In this document: positions 7,824 to 17,358 of the stretch, in pieces
How positions within the stretch are numbered: the stretch's first letter is position 1
Layout of the letters: each line of letters starts with the position of its first letter
Virus record (IMG/VR): IMGVR_UViG_3300044712_001034
Location: 30,080 to 94,079 of that record
Source of the DNA: a virus
Length of the DNA: 64,000 nucleotides
Direction: 5' to 3' (one strand)
Program-made: the position numbers and the translations under genes
The notes under the pieces: generated by a model
Told to the model about the DNA's origin: nothing
Database searches by the model: none
What the model saw: the letters and a program-made list of their open reading frames with translations, nothing else

Positions 7824-8185
7824 TACAAACTTGTTGACCTTTGGTTAGCAGAATTTGTTCTATAAAGATCTACCTGCATTTTCATAATATCAAATAGATT
7901 TTGTTGAAAAGCAATCTCAGCTTTTGCGTTTTCAAAGGCTTTCCTCAAAGGAACTAGCTCACCTTCCAAACCTGTGTATTCATAAGCTGATTTCACAAAA
8001 GTAGCTGATGGTGGATTACCTTTAGTAAAGTATTTCTGATCTGTAGATGTTATCTGATAGATTTCACTTTCTCGTTGTTTAATTTGAGAATCAAGTTCGT
8101 TGCGTACAATCATCTGATCCCTGATAGCATTAGCTACCTTTACCATATCTTCAAAATCCGGAATCACAATGCTAACTTCGCTCAT
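7823..8185 (-). CDS. helical protein, possibly UvsY-like recombination mediator
   Basis: 120-aa all-helical pattern in recombination module; inference only. Confidence 0.35.
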   Translation of the reverse strand: MSEVSIVIPDFEDMVKVANAIRDQMIVRNELDSQIKQRESEIYQITSTDQKYFTKGNPPSATFVKSAYEYTGLEGELVPLRKAFENAKAEIAFQQNLFDIMKMQVDLYRTNSANQRSTSL

Positions 8186-8600
8186 AATATTCTTCTATCC
8201 TTTCTTCTATTTTATCTAGTGCTTGGTTTAGGTTATACATAAGGTTATACACCTTTTCATCACTAACTTTATCTAACGTTTTTGCCATTGATACACAAGC
8301 GTATTTATTGTATCGGCTACGTTTATAAATATCTCTAAAGTTTACATCTAAGTCTACTACTAGTCCAGAGAATTGAAAGAACTCCATCAATGTACTTACT
8401 ATGTAATCTGTATCCAGTTCTAAAGCGTTTGCAATATAATCTATTGATCTACCTTGGCAACATAGATGTAGAATATCATAGGTCGCAATATAATCTAAAA
8501 CTATTGGATCAATATTTAATACGTGCTTATAGTACTGTTTTACTATCTCCCAATTACCCGTTTCGTTTTGACTCTTGTATTGCGATAAATAATTTATCAT
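8172..8600 (-). CDS. putative helix-turn-helix protein
   Basis: QGRSIDYIANALELDTDYIVSTL HTH-like segment. Confidence 0.5.
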   Translation of the reverse strand: MINYLSQYKSQNETGNWEIVKQYYKHVLNIDPIVLDYIATYDILHLCCQGRSIDYIANALELDTDYIVSTLMEFFQFSGLVVDLDVNFRDIYKRSRYNKYACVSMAKTLDKVSDEKVYNLMYNLNQALDKIEERIEEYYERS

Positions 8601-9018
8601 AATCTGCCTTCAATTCAATATACTCATTAATGAGTTCTATAAAATAGTTTAGATCAAGAACTGCAAAATGCTTTACTCCACTTCTTGCTCCTGTAAACTT
8701 TCCAAATAAAATTGGAATATGATTTATAACTTCTGCTTCAGCTTTGATTTTATCTAGCCACTCTTTTTTAAGGGTAAATTGTTTTACTTCTTTATTTGAA
8801 GAACTATTGTATCCCGCCTTGCACTCGCCTTTAAACTTTTTATAAAAGCCTTCTATCTCTCCTTTTACATCTCCTGTAAGTAAAGGCTCATTCAAAGAAG
8901 TTCCTATAGCGCCACTTCCGGCAATCCTTTTCCAACTAGATTCTTCTATCTTTTTATTTAATATTTCTACTAGGTCGTGCTCCCAATTTGAGCCAACCTG
9001 CTTCGCTTTATTTACCAT
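8554..9018 (-). CDS. Holliday junction resolvase (Hjc-like)
   Basis: KQVGSNWE, GSGA, GD, ECK motifs; start reassigned to MVNKAK. Confidence 0.75.
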   Translation of the reverse strand: MVNKAKQVGSNWEHDLVEILNKKIEESSWKRIAGSGAIGTSLNEPLLTGDVKGEIEGFYKKFKGECKAGYNSSSNKEVKQFTLKKEWLDKIKAEAEVINHIPILFGKFTGARSGVKHFAVLDLNYFIELINEYIELKADYDKLFIAIQESKRNG

Positions 9019-9025
9019 GTGTCTC

Positions 9026-10330
9026 CTATTTCGGTGAAATTGATAATGTCTCAGAATTAAACAAATTGAAGATACTTCCGGTTGGTCCATTTCGTTGCTT
9101 ACGTAAAATGAATTCTAACTCGCCTTTACTTGTAGTGTTCGGATTATAATAATCATCTCTATATAAAAAGATTACTGTATCTGCATCTTCTTCAATATTA
9201 CCTGATTGTCTTAAATCTGATAGTACTGGTCGTTTATCTTCTCTCAACTCTACTGAACGATTTAGCTGTGAGTAAACTACGCTTGTAATGCCCAAATCAT
9301 TAGCTAGTAGCTTAGCCATACGAGTAAACCTACCAATTTCTGCGGTCTGATCTGCGTTTCTTTCTGATGCTAACTGTACGTAATCAAAGAATGTTACTCT
9401 TACATTCCTTAGCTTGTGATACTTTCTAACAGTAGCACCGTAATAAACATCATTTGTATCAAAGTTAGTATCAATATAAATTGGTAAACCTTTGAGATAC
9501 TTGATTGTTTCTGTTACTTTATTTAACTGCACTTGTGATAAAGATCCCAACCTAATATCTGCTAGAGGAACTCCGGATTTCATAGCTACCATACGTTCCA
9601 CTAAAGATGTTCTGTTCATTTCCAACGAGAATATCTGTACAGATTGTCCTGTTTCATGAGATTTTATATATTCAGCTACACCTAAAGCAGAATTACACAT
9701 CTGTGCAGTTTTACCCATTGAGGGTCTACCAGCTACAATAAACAAATCCCCTTCGTTATATCCACCAGTAATAGAATCTAAAGAACTAAATCCAGTAGTT
9801 ATTCCCCGTAATCCGGGATTTTCAATCCTATAAACTAAGCTGTTCCACATATCTGTGGTAGCTGTAAGCATATCTACAATCTGTTCTCCACCAGAAGTAT
9901 CTTCTAATCTATCAATATTATTTTTCAGGTCGGAGATTAAACTATTTACATCTTGTCCGGAATTTAGTTGAGTACTAATTCCACTAGCTAATTGGAGAAT
10001 TGATTTAGTTTTGTAACTCTCTCTTAGCTGTCTAGCGTACTCTTTGATATTATCTTTTGATATGGCGAGTGATCTAATATAATTTAGATATTCTACTCCA
10101 CCAACTTCGTTTAGTTTGCTCTTATTAGAAAGAGTGGCTAAAACTAAGTTATACTCTGGAATCGAATTAGAGCTAATTATATCTGCAATAACAGAATAGA
10201 TTTGCTGATGTGAAGAGGTACTAAACATAAAAGGTTTAATATCTGGAACATTGTAAACCATATCTGGATTATTTAGAATTACATTTAGTACAGCGATCTC
10301 AGCATCTTGATTAGAAATACTATTCATCAA
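9026..10330 (-). CDS. dnaB: replicative DNA helicase
   Basis: GRPSMGKT, FSLEM, DYVQL, SQLNR, LRQSGNIEEDAD, KQRNGPTG. Confidence 0.97.
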   Translation of the reverse strand: MMNSISNQDAEIAVLNVILNNPDMVYNVPDIKPFMFSTSSHQQIYSVIADIISSNSIPEYNLVLATLSNKSKLNEVGGVEYLNYIRSLAISKDNIKEYARQLRESYKTKSILQLASGISTQLNSGQDVNSLISDLKNNIDRLEDTSGGEQIVDMLTATTDMWNSLVYRIENPGLRGITTGFSSLDSITGGYNEGDLFIVAGRPSMGKTAQMCNSALGVAEYIKSHETGQSVQIFSLEMNRTSLVERMVAMKSGVPLADIRLGSLSQVQLNKVTETIKYLKGLPIYIDTNFDTNDVYYGATVRKYHKLRNVRVTFFDYVQLASERNADQTAEIGRFTRMAKLLANDLGITSVVYSQLNRSVELREDKRPVLSDLRQSGNIEEDADTVIFLYRDDYYNPNTTSKGELEFILRKQRNGPTGSIFNLFNSETLSISPK

Positions 10331-10685
10331 AGGGACTCCTTATCCTTAGCTTGGTGTTCTTAGTTTTTTCTATCTTTTCTTCATGTTCTTTTATTAGATT
10401 GGATAAGTTTGTTATAGGAGTTACTTCCTTTTCCAAACTCTTTTTACACATATAATTCAAAAGACCATACGTATTTGTATGGTCTAAATCTCTATTACCG
10501 GCTAAATCTAATATTGCATTGAATACTCTAAGTCTCCCATACATTCTAATAAGCTTTGCCAACATTTTTACATAGTTCATTGTAAATTGTATTTCAAAAG
10601 CTTCACAATAAAACTTACCTAATAAATATGCTGGATTAGTTTCATCTTGTAAACGACCATAATAATGCTTTACAATCTCTTCCAT
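10320..10685 (-). CDS. putative DnaD/DnaB_2-like helicase loader
   Basis: YGRLRVFNAI...YGLLNYMC helical pattern; directly upstream of dnaB. Confidence 0.4.
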   Translation of the reverse strand: MEEIVKHYYGRLQDETNPAYLLGKFYCEAFEIQFTMNYVKMLAKLIRMYGRLRVFNAILDLAGNRDLDHTNTYGLLNYMCKKSLEKEVTPITNLSNLIKEHEEKIEKTKNTKLRIRSPFDE

Positions 10686-10697
10686 ATATTCTCCTAA

Positions 10698-10795
10698 TTG
10701 AACGTCTAGGATTCGAACCTAGTTTTCCGGAGGTCTTCCCGGTACGATATAGCCCTGACGCGCCTTTGTGAGTGTCCCCACCACACCGCCGTTCA
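10698..10795 (-). ncRNA. tRNA-like RNA without a recognisable anticodon arm
   Basis: Acceptor TGAACG/CGTTCA, D-like arm GTGT-GGTGGGG-ACAC, perfect T arm CTAGG-TTCGAAT-CCTAG. Confidence 0.7.
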
Positions 10796-10802
10796 TAACT
10801 TA

Positions 10803-11573
10803 CTATGCTTCAAACATATTTGTCATTTGATTTAGAACTTCTGGTGAAGCGTCTTGGGTCTTCATTTCCTTGCGTGATGCAAAGATGTCACGAATAGAAG
10901 TACCCCGAAGAACGTCACGAATTTCTTCAGCATTTAGAGTAATGATCGCTCGGTTTAGATCGTAAAGATCATCCTCATTTACGGTAATAGGATCGTTGCG
11001 ATCTGGTCTAGCACCTACAACTGGTTTGGCTTTTGGTGCGGTAATCAGAACAGAAAGATCGAAGTTATTAATCCCTAAAGGAGTTTCAGTATTTTCATCT
11101 ACGATTGTATTAGCGTAGAAGTTTACCTGATCGAAGAATTCTTTTCCTTTGGACATAACCTTTACTTTATTTAGTGGTGCTGACTGAACAGTTGTAATAA
11201 CTGCGTTACACTTGGCACAAGAAGGTGGAAACACACCGTTGTATTTCTTAACTTCATTACCGCAGTTTGGACATACCTTTACAGTTGTTCGATCAAGAAC
11301 ATTGACATAGGCTAGCTGTCTGCGTGGAATAAAACCAACAATCTGATTAGTCTGTGCTTTTGGATTTTCCATGCGAAGTTTTAGATTGTTCTGACAAACA
11401 GGACAATCATCACCCAAGCACTTGAAAGTAATCATATGAGTGAAATGGGTATTGAACATTACTGGTGTTTCGCTAATGATCCGGATAAAGTGCTCACCCT
11501 GAGAGAAGTTTACAAACTCAGTTTTCTTGAAATTAGTATTAAATTGTTTAGTGGTAAATTCAGCGAATGACAT
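10803..11573 (-). CDS. single-stranded DNA-binding protein (gp32-like) with Zn ribbon insert
   Basis: IRII, H..C...CPVC, YVNVLDR, extra CxxC..CxxC; replication context. Confidence 0.65.
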   Translation of the reverse strand: MSFAEFTTKQFNTNFKKTEFVNFSQGEHFIRIISETPVMFNTHFTHMITFKCLGDDCPVCQNNLKLRMENPKAQTNQIVGFIPRRQLAYVNVLDRTTVKVCPNCGNEVKKYNGVFPPSCAKCNAVITTVQSAPLNKVKVMSKGKEFFDQVNFYANTIVDENTETPLGINNFDLSVLITAPKAKPVVGARPDRNDPITVNEDDLYDLNRAIITLNAEEIRDVLRGTSIRDIFASRKEMKTQDASPEVLNQMTNMFEA

Positions 11574-11574
11574 A

Positions 11575-11868
11575 TTATTCTCCTTTGATTGAATTGATAA
11601 GCTGTTTTAATTCATCCATTGTGTTAGCATATTCTGTAGTAAGAAAAGACTCTCGTTCATGCTCTAACATTGGAGTGTGCTGTTTTAGTAGCATATTATA
11701 CTTTGTATAAGCAAGGTCAACACCTACCAGTTGTAAATAACGAATAAGACCAACTGCGTCCATATTCATAGCTATTTCTTCGGGAACTTCATTTATGAAA
11801 TCCAGAAAACGGATACTCTTGTAATCCCCTAAGCTATAAACACGCTCAATACCTAAATTTCTATTCAT
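11575..11868 (-). CDS. hypothetical protein
   Basis: 97-aa ORF, coupled. Confidence 0.6.
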   Translation of the reverse strand: MNRNLGIERVYSLGDYKSIRFLDFINEVPEEIAMNMDAVGLIRYLQLVGVDLAYTKYNMLLKQHTPMLEHERESFLTTEYANTMDELKQLINSIKGE

Positions 11869-12874
11869 CTACATCTCCTTCCTCTATAATCTCTTTGTCG
11901 TACTTTACGTGTATATTATAAACCCGTTCTTTCAATTTGTCAAGTAGCAATTTATCGTTTTCTAATGTTTCCATAGTTTCAACCATGCCCTTACCTAACA
12001 CTTGATCGTCCAGTTTATAATATGGCCCACCCCTTCTAATGACACCCAAGAATTCTGCATAGCTAACTGTATCTCTAAGTGTATCAACACCAACACCAAA
12101 AATAATGGGGATCATAAATGATCTAAATGGTGGAGCTACTTTATTTTTCTTGATAGTAAACTTAGTCATAATACCTATAACAGATTCACCAGCTTTAATC
12201 TCTTGAGCCTTTGATAAAGAAATAATCACGCTAGCATAATGCTTTAAAGCATGTCCTCCCGGATTAGAAAATGATTTTACGTAGCTACCAATATTATCTC
12301 TAACCTGATTAATAAACACTACTGCGGTTTTATTTTCCCTAACTCGATAAGCATTACGTCTGAAGAATTTAGCTAAATCTCTAGGAATGATTGCCATGTT
12401 CGCATCTTCAAACTTTTTATCTTGCTCTTCTGTAGGAGATAGTGCGGCGATAGAATCTAAAATTATTAATCCCTCGCCAGATAAAATCCCCGCTTCAATG
12501 ATATTGAAAGCTTCATCAGAATTTCTAGGTTTGGCTAATTTTAATCTTCCTTCTTTTGTTACCTTCTCGCCAGCTAAATCCTCCATGTAATCTAAAGGAG
12601 CTTGGTTTTCTACATCAATATAAGTAACATTCAAACCTTTCAGAAGTGCTTGCTTACAGATAGACATAGCTATTGATGTTTTACCAGAAGATTCTGCACC
12701 ATCAATCAGGGTAAATCTACCTCTAGGAACTCCACCAACTCCAATACTAGCGTCTAAACTTAGTGATCCAGTAGAAATAGAATCTATCTTTTCTTCTTCG
12801 GATACGAAGATTTTATCATAATCATCTCCATACATATCCTGCATTCTATCTAAAAATGTTTTTACTTTTGCCAT
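11861..12874 (-). CDS. recA: RecA/UvsX recombinase
   Basis: STGSLSLD, GAESSGKT, DSIAAL, FINQVR, GGHALK, KNKVAPPFR. Confidence 0.97.
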   Translation of the reverse strand: MAKVKTFLDRMQDMYGDDYDKIFVSEEEKIDSISTGSLSLDASIGVGGVPRGRFTLIDGAESSGKTSIAMSICKQALLKGLNVTYIDVENQAPLDYMEDLAGEKVTKEGRLKLAKPRNSDEAFNIIEAGILSGEGLIILDSIAALSPTEEQDKKFEDANMAIIPRDLAKFFRRNAYRVRENKTAVVFINQVRDNIGSYVKSFSNPGGHALKHYASVIISLSKAQEIKAGESVIGIMTKFTIKKNKVAPPFRSFMIPIIFGVGVDTLRDTVSYAEFLGVIRRGGPYYKLDDQVLGKGMVETMETLENDKLLLDKLKERVYNIHVKYDKEIIEEGDVDE

Positions 12875-13053
12875 TAGACTCCTTTTCTAAAGTCTTTGCT
12901 ATGTTCATAAAATATGTTTCCAAGGGAAACAATACAATTCAGTTCCGTATCTCTAGGGTCATCTGATAGTATGATAATTTCTCCATTCTTTTCTATACGG
13001 AATGGAACAGAGTGCTTAGCCCTTTTATTAATTACTGTAATATACTTTTCCAT
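12874..13053 (-). CDS. hypothetical protein
   Basis: Start reassigned to MEKYIT, 1 nt after polA stop. Confidence 0.55.
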   Translation of the reverse strand: MEKYITVINKRAKHSVPFRIEKNGEIIILSDDPRDTELNCIVSLGNIFYEHSKDFRKGV

Positions 13054-13054
13054 T

Positions 13055-14953
13055 TTAGTGTTCCCAAACCTTTCCCATCTTACCATCTACAACAGCAGGA
13101 ACTACTCCTTTCAAATATTTCTCTTCTGTTTCAATCATAATCTTTTCAATAAACGCTTTCGCTTGTTCAGCTACTTCATCAGAAACTTCACAAACAATTT
13201 CATCATATACCTGAATAAGAATTTTTAGATCTTCTCCGAATGGATTTTCATAATAAATCCGACAAAGAGATTCTTTGATAATGTCTCCACCAGAACCTTG
13301 AATCATATGATTGAAACCTTCACGCAATACTGATGCTCTATATTTTTCTTCTTCATACTTTCCACCGGGAAAGAAAGTTTTCATTTCAAAGAAACGCTTT
13401 CTACCACCCATTGTAGCGGAGAAGCCATATTTGAAAATCATACTTTCTGCCAGTTTCATACTGGCTTTAATCTCTGGATATGCGTCTTCAAAGAACGCTT
13501 TCAAAAGAACCTTACCTTCCTCCATTGGAATACCAAAGTTCTTATACAAACCATATTCGGTAGATCCATAACCAACTGCAAAGTTTAGAGTTTTACCTTT
13601 TGACCTTTGATCTTTAGTTACTTGATCTAAAGGTATCTTATACAAGTTGCTAGCAGTAGCTAAGTGTAAATCAATACTTTTGTTGAACGCTTCGATCATT
13701 CCCTTTACATTAGCGAGTACAGCAAGTAATCGAAGCTCTTCTTGACTAAAATCTACTGCAATTAGCTTGTGCCCCTCTCTAGCAATAAACGCACTTCTAT
13801 AGACAGACTCTCTTGGTATGTTACAGAGATTTGTTCCAGACGAACTGAATCTCCCGGATTGAGCTCCAAGTTGATTGAACTCCGTATGGATTCTCCCAGT
13901 AGCCGGATGAATAGCTGAGATAAAATTGTCACCAAAGGAAGATAGCTTCTTTTGATTCTCTCGATAATCAATAATCTTTTTAATGATTTCATATTTAGTT
14001 ATGTACTTGTTAATAATCTTTTCGTTAGTAGATTCTATGGGAATTCCATAAACATCTTTTAGAATGATTAGCATTTGGTCGGGAGAGTTTAGATTCAAAT
14101 GCTCTTTGATAAATGTCTTTATGTACTCTGCATCTGTGATTTCTTCTAAAGCTTTACGTTCTCCTTTTTTCTTTACGCCTAGTTTTAGAAAGTCTACAAC
14201 TTCTAGTGCGTTATTGAAGTCTTTTGTTCTCTCAATAATCTTTACTAGAAACTCATTAACTAGCTCTTCTCCGAGTTGTTTTACTTTTATACCAGATTCT
14301 CCACCAAGACTTGACCAAGCTTCTTTGTCTAAAAGAACACCAGTATGTTCCATGTCTGCTACAACTGGAAGTAACATCATTTCTAATGCACAAGTTTTTA
14401 CTTGCTTCTGCTCTTTCAGCTTTTCAAGTTGTTTATCTTTAATAGCTTTTAGATATTCTACATCTTGTGACGCATAAATTAGATGTTGTTCTGTAATAAC
14501 TAAATCCTCTTGCTTGAAGAAGTCTTCTCGAATTGATTTATCCAAAGTAACATTACAATACTTTTCTACCAGAGTAGCTAGAGAGAAGTATCTATCTTTT
14601 CCAGTTACTAATCCATTCGTAATAAGGATTTGGGCAAGCATGGTATCAAATACATTGGTGAATAACTCACCATAATTTGAGTACACCATACGCATATCAA
14701 ATTTGAGATTGAACCCAACGACTAGTTTATCGGAGTCTTTGATTACACTAACAATATATTTAGAGTACTTATCTCCTAGCTTTCTAGTATCAAAAACAAA
14801 AGTAGTATCCCCTACTTTTGCTTGCATCAAAATAATTTTATCAACAAAGAAATCCAATCCGGTAGCTTCTACATCAAAAAATACTTCGTCTGCTTTTTGT
14901 ATTGCAGATACGAAGTTTCCTAATTGATTGAATTCTGTGACATAATTGTACAT
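13055..14953 (-). CDS. polA: family A DNA polymerase with 3'-5' exonuclease
   Basis: DVEATG, FNLKFD, YASQD, DFSQEELR, KTLNFAVGYG, QVYDE. Confidence 0.96.
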   Translation of the reverse strand: MYNYVTEFNQLGNFVSAIQKADEVFFDVEATGLDFFVDKIILMQAKVGDTTFVFDTRKLGDKYSKYIVSVIKDSDKLVVGFNLKFDMRMVYSNYGELFTNVFDTMLAQILITNGLVTGKDRYFSLATLVEKYCNVTLDKSIREDFFKQEDLVITEQHLIYASQDVEYLKAIKDKQLEKLKEQKQVKTCALEMMLLPVVADMEHTGVLLDKEAWSSLGGESGIKVKQLGEELVNEFLVKIIERTKDFNNALEVVDFLKLGVKKKGERKALEEITDAEYIKTFIKEHLNLNSPDQMLIILKDVYGIPIESTNEKIINKYITKYEIIKKIIDYRENQKKLSSFGDNFISAIHPATGRIHTEFNQLGAQSGRFSSSGTNLCNIPRESVYRSAFIAREGHKLIAVDFSQEELRLLAVLANVKGMIEAFNKSIDLHLATASNLYKIPLDQVTKDQRSKGKTLNFAVGYGSTEYGLYKNFGIPMEEGKVLLKAFFEDAYPEIKASMKLAESMIFKYGFSATMGGRKRFFEMKTFFPGGKYEEEKYRASVLREGFNHMIQGSGGDIIKESLCRIYYENPFGEDLKILIQVYDEIVCEVSDEVAEQAKAFIEKIMIETEEKYLKGVVPAVVDGKMGKVWEH

Positions 14954-15201
14954 TACTCTCCCTTTTCTGGTTCGAACTCTTCAGCGATATATACAAGATA
15001 AACTTTATTTTCAGAAACGTCTCTTACAAATCTCATTGAGCTTCTGATATTTTTTGTTCCACAAACGTTTTCTAGATCCTCAACATCAAAGAATAGTTTA
15101 CCTCCACCTCTCTTCTCGTACAAAGCTAGATAATTAATAAGATGTGGAAGGCTTTCTTTATACTGCTCTTCGCTTGCAAAACCAAGATCTTCTAGTTCCA
15201 T
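14953..15201 (-). CDS. hypothetical protein
   Basis: 82-aa ORF, coupled. Confidence 0.6.
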   Translation of the reverse strand: MELEDLGFASEEQYKESLPHLINYLALYEKRGGGKLFFDVEDLENVCGTKNIRSSMRFVRDVSENKVYLVYIAEEFEPEKGE

Positions 15202-15443
15202 ATATCATTCTCCTGTTTATTTTCTCGTTCTAATAAATCACAAAACTTGGCGTAAGTGTATTTGTATCTACCTTCGCCATTTTCAACCCCATCACAATAA
15301 TCGTTCATAGCTTCTTCGTAAGCTTCTACCTGATCTACCATCCCAATAAATATACCAATCATGCTATCAATGAAACCCGTATAGTTTTCTTTTGATAATG
15401 CTAATTGCTGAATAAGAATATTTGTTGCTTCTTTACGATCCAT
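15192..15443 (-). CDS. hypothetical protein
   Basis: 83-aa ORF with SD AGGAG. Confidence 0.6.
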   Translation of the reverse strand: MDRKEATNILIQQLALSKENYTGFIDSMIGIFIGMVDQVEAYEEAMNDYCDGVENGEGRYKYTYAKFCDLLERENKQENDIWN

Positions 15444-15451
15444 ATTTTCTC

Positions 15452-15844
15452 CTAATGACCTAGAATTGCTACAATCTTAGCTCTTGGAACCCAAGTTAGT
15501 TTTACGTTACTTACGGCGTTTAATAGTTTTACTGCTCTGTGTCTTCGTTCTATAAGGTTGCTTGCCTCACATGCCCATCCACCATTCACTTGATTTACTA
15601 CTAATTTAGAATCTGCATAGATTTGTACAGGCTCTTCTCCCCTACCATCTTTGAAATAGATGCTGTTCAAGTACTCTAGGAGAGTTATCAAGGTTTCGTA
15701 TTCCGCTTCGTTACTAGTTTGGCAACCTTCAAAGTCATATGTCTCTAGTTTCTCCTGTTTACCGTTCTTGTAAATAGCAAAGCTTCCGTAAGCATCACTT
15801 CTTGTTTTGTTATTACAACCTCCATCGCTATAACAGACTAACAT
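15452..15844 (-). CDS. rnhA: ribonuclease HI family protein
   Basis: YSDGG, TSNEAEY, DSKLVVNQVNG, WVPR. Confidence 0.9.
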   Translation of the reverse strand: MLVCYSDGGCNNKTRSDAYGSFAIYKNGKQEKLETYDFEGCQTSNEAEYETLITLLEYLNSIYFKDGRGEEPVQIYADSKLVVNQVNGGWACEASNLIERRHRAVKLLNAVSNVKLTWVPRAKIVAILGH

Positions 15845-15847
15845 ATT

Positions 15848-16135
15848 CTACCACACTTCGTAAGTTGTGTAAAGGAGAATTGTTTCTTCTCCATCAATCA
15901 GGCCAATCTCATATTTGGTTACTTTATGAACACTTATATTTTTAATCTTATCGCTGTTAGATAATTCATCTAGAGTATTTATAAACTTCAAATCATAATC
16001 CATCAGCGGTAAATCATAAAGTAATGTAGCATAAATAGATTTCAATTTTGATACCATATGTCTGATACCAAAAATTGCTTCGATCTTGTGTAATTTATCT
16101 TCGTCAGATAACAATAATTTTACTTTTTCTATCAT
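15848..16135 (-). CDS. hypothetical protein
   Basis: 95-aa ORF. Confidence 0.55.
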   Translation of the reverse strand: MIEKVKLLLSDEDKLHKIEAIFGIRHMVSKLKSIYATLLYDLPLMDYDLKFINTLDELSNSDKIKNISVHKVTKYEIGLIDGEETILLYTTYEVW

Positions 16136-16153
16136 TTATGATATAATCCCTAA

Positions 16154-16984
16154 TTACATAACAGTTTCGAATTTAGGTTTTGAGCGTTCTTTTTCAATCT
16201 GGATTGGATCATCCATCTTATCTGAATAGATCATATAATCACCTTCCATGTATCTCGGATTACGCTCAATCCAATTATTTACAATACTGCTTAGATGATT
16301 TAGTCCTTTAGAAATCGCATTAATAAAATATGCGGCTTCTTTTCGTCTAGCTAGATTTTTATTTTCTGGATTTTGAATACTTGTTAGATACTTAAAACAC
16401 GTTTCTATTACTGTAAATGCTTCTGATAATTGCTTAGCTGTATCTGATTCTTTATTTGTAGATACTTGCCAAGAGTCTTCAGAACCATCTGCACTAACAG
16501 AACGTGTAAATGTTTCAAATTCATCATCTAGTTTTTTAGGGTTGCGATTGATTAAAGTAGTTTCGTAATTACTACGCTCAATCTCTTCATACTCACCTTC
16601 AAGAACTTCAATCTCTTCGTAGCCATTAGCTAACTGACGGGTGGGTACTGGGTTCTTTTCTGGCTTAGGCTCTTCAAGATATTTCAATACTTCTCGTAAA
16701 GAAGTTACACCTTCCAAATGCGCAACGCGTTGCGCATTTTCTGATAGCCTCATATAATTTTGAGCCATACGAATTCTAAAATCACAATTGTTTGCTACCC
16801 AAGGAAGAAACTCTCCGTGTCCCAAACTCTTCTTTACTTCAACAAGAATGTTACCAATTTCGATTGCGTACTGCACCATGTTCTGTGCACTTCGTACAAT
16901 CTCGCCCTGCAACTCGTTTACTCTCGTTGCCCTTGCTTTGTTCACCAACTCAATGTCATTCTGTTCAACTACTTCAATTTGCAT
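16154..16984 (-). CDS. DUF3102-domain protein
   Basis: AIEIGNILVEVK..LGHGEFLPWV...AQNYMRL; start reassigned to MQIEVV (SD AGGAG). Confidence 0.75.
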   Translation of the reverse strand: MQIEVVEQNDIELVNKARATRVNELQGEIVRSAQNMVQYAIEIGNILVEVKKSLGHGEFLPWVANNCDFRIRMAQNYMRLSENAQRVAHLEGVTSLREVLKYLEEPKPEKNPVPTRQLANGYEEIEVLEGEYEEIERSNYETTLINRNPKKLDDEFETFTRSVSADGSEDSWQVSTNKESDTAKQLSEAFTVIETCFKYLTSIQNPENKNLARRKEAAYFINAISKGLNHLSSIVNNWIERNPRYMEGDYMIYSDKMDDPIQIEKERSKPKFETVM

Positions 16985-17015
16985 TTTGTTACTCCTGTTT
17001 GGTTTGTTAGACATT

Positions 17016-17043
17016 ATTATACTCACTTAGTTACGATTGTCAA
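17016..17043 (-). promoter_or_regulatory. sigma70-type promoter
   Basis: TTGACA-N16-TATAAT; flanks match the tRNA promoter. Confidence 0.85.
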
Positions 17044-17156
17044 GTACCAATTTTTATGAGTTTTGCTCTTCTTCAAAGATCTTTACATGTTTATTTATCA
17101 ACAACCTTTTACTGATTATTTTTTATATGTTCCTCATCAAGACCAATTATCCTAAT

Positions 17157-17184
17157 ATTATACACGCTTTTTTAAATTTGTCAA
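17157..17184 (-). promoter_or_regulatory. sigma70-type promoter
   Basis: TTGACA-N16-TATAAT. Confidence 0.8.
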
Positions 17185-17216
17185 GGGGTATGTTCGTGTA
17201 CGTATTCATAAACAAC

Positions 17217-17244
17217 ATTATATACAAAACTTTTAAAAAGTCAA
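17217..17244 (-). promoter_or_regulatory. sigma70-type promoter
   Basis: TTGACT-N16-TATAAT. Confidence 0.75.
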
Positions 17245-17303
17245 GTAGCACTCTAGTACACAACAGCAGACCCTACACAGGTCAAAGACCTACATATAGG
17301 TAC

Positions 17304-17331
17304 TTGACAAATGTGAAATATGGTGTATAAT
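17304..17331 (+). promoter_or_regulatory. sigma70-type promoter (rightward)
   Basis: TTGACA-N16-TATAAT. Confidence 0.85.
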
Positions 17332-17358
17332 GTATACATAACACTAAAGGAGATTGAA

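Noticed and set aside
9026-14953. Inteins in DnaB, RecA or PolA (also TerL)
   Set aside because: Normal lengths with contiguous motifs
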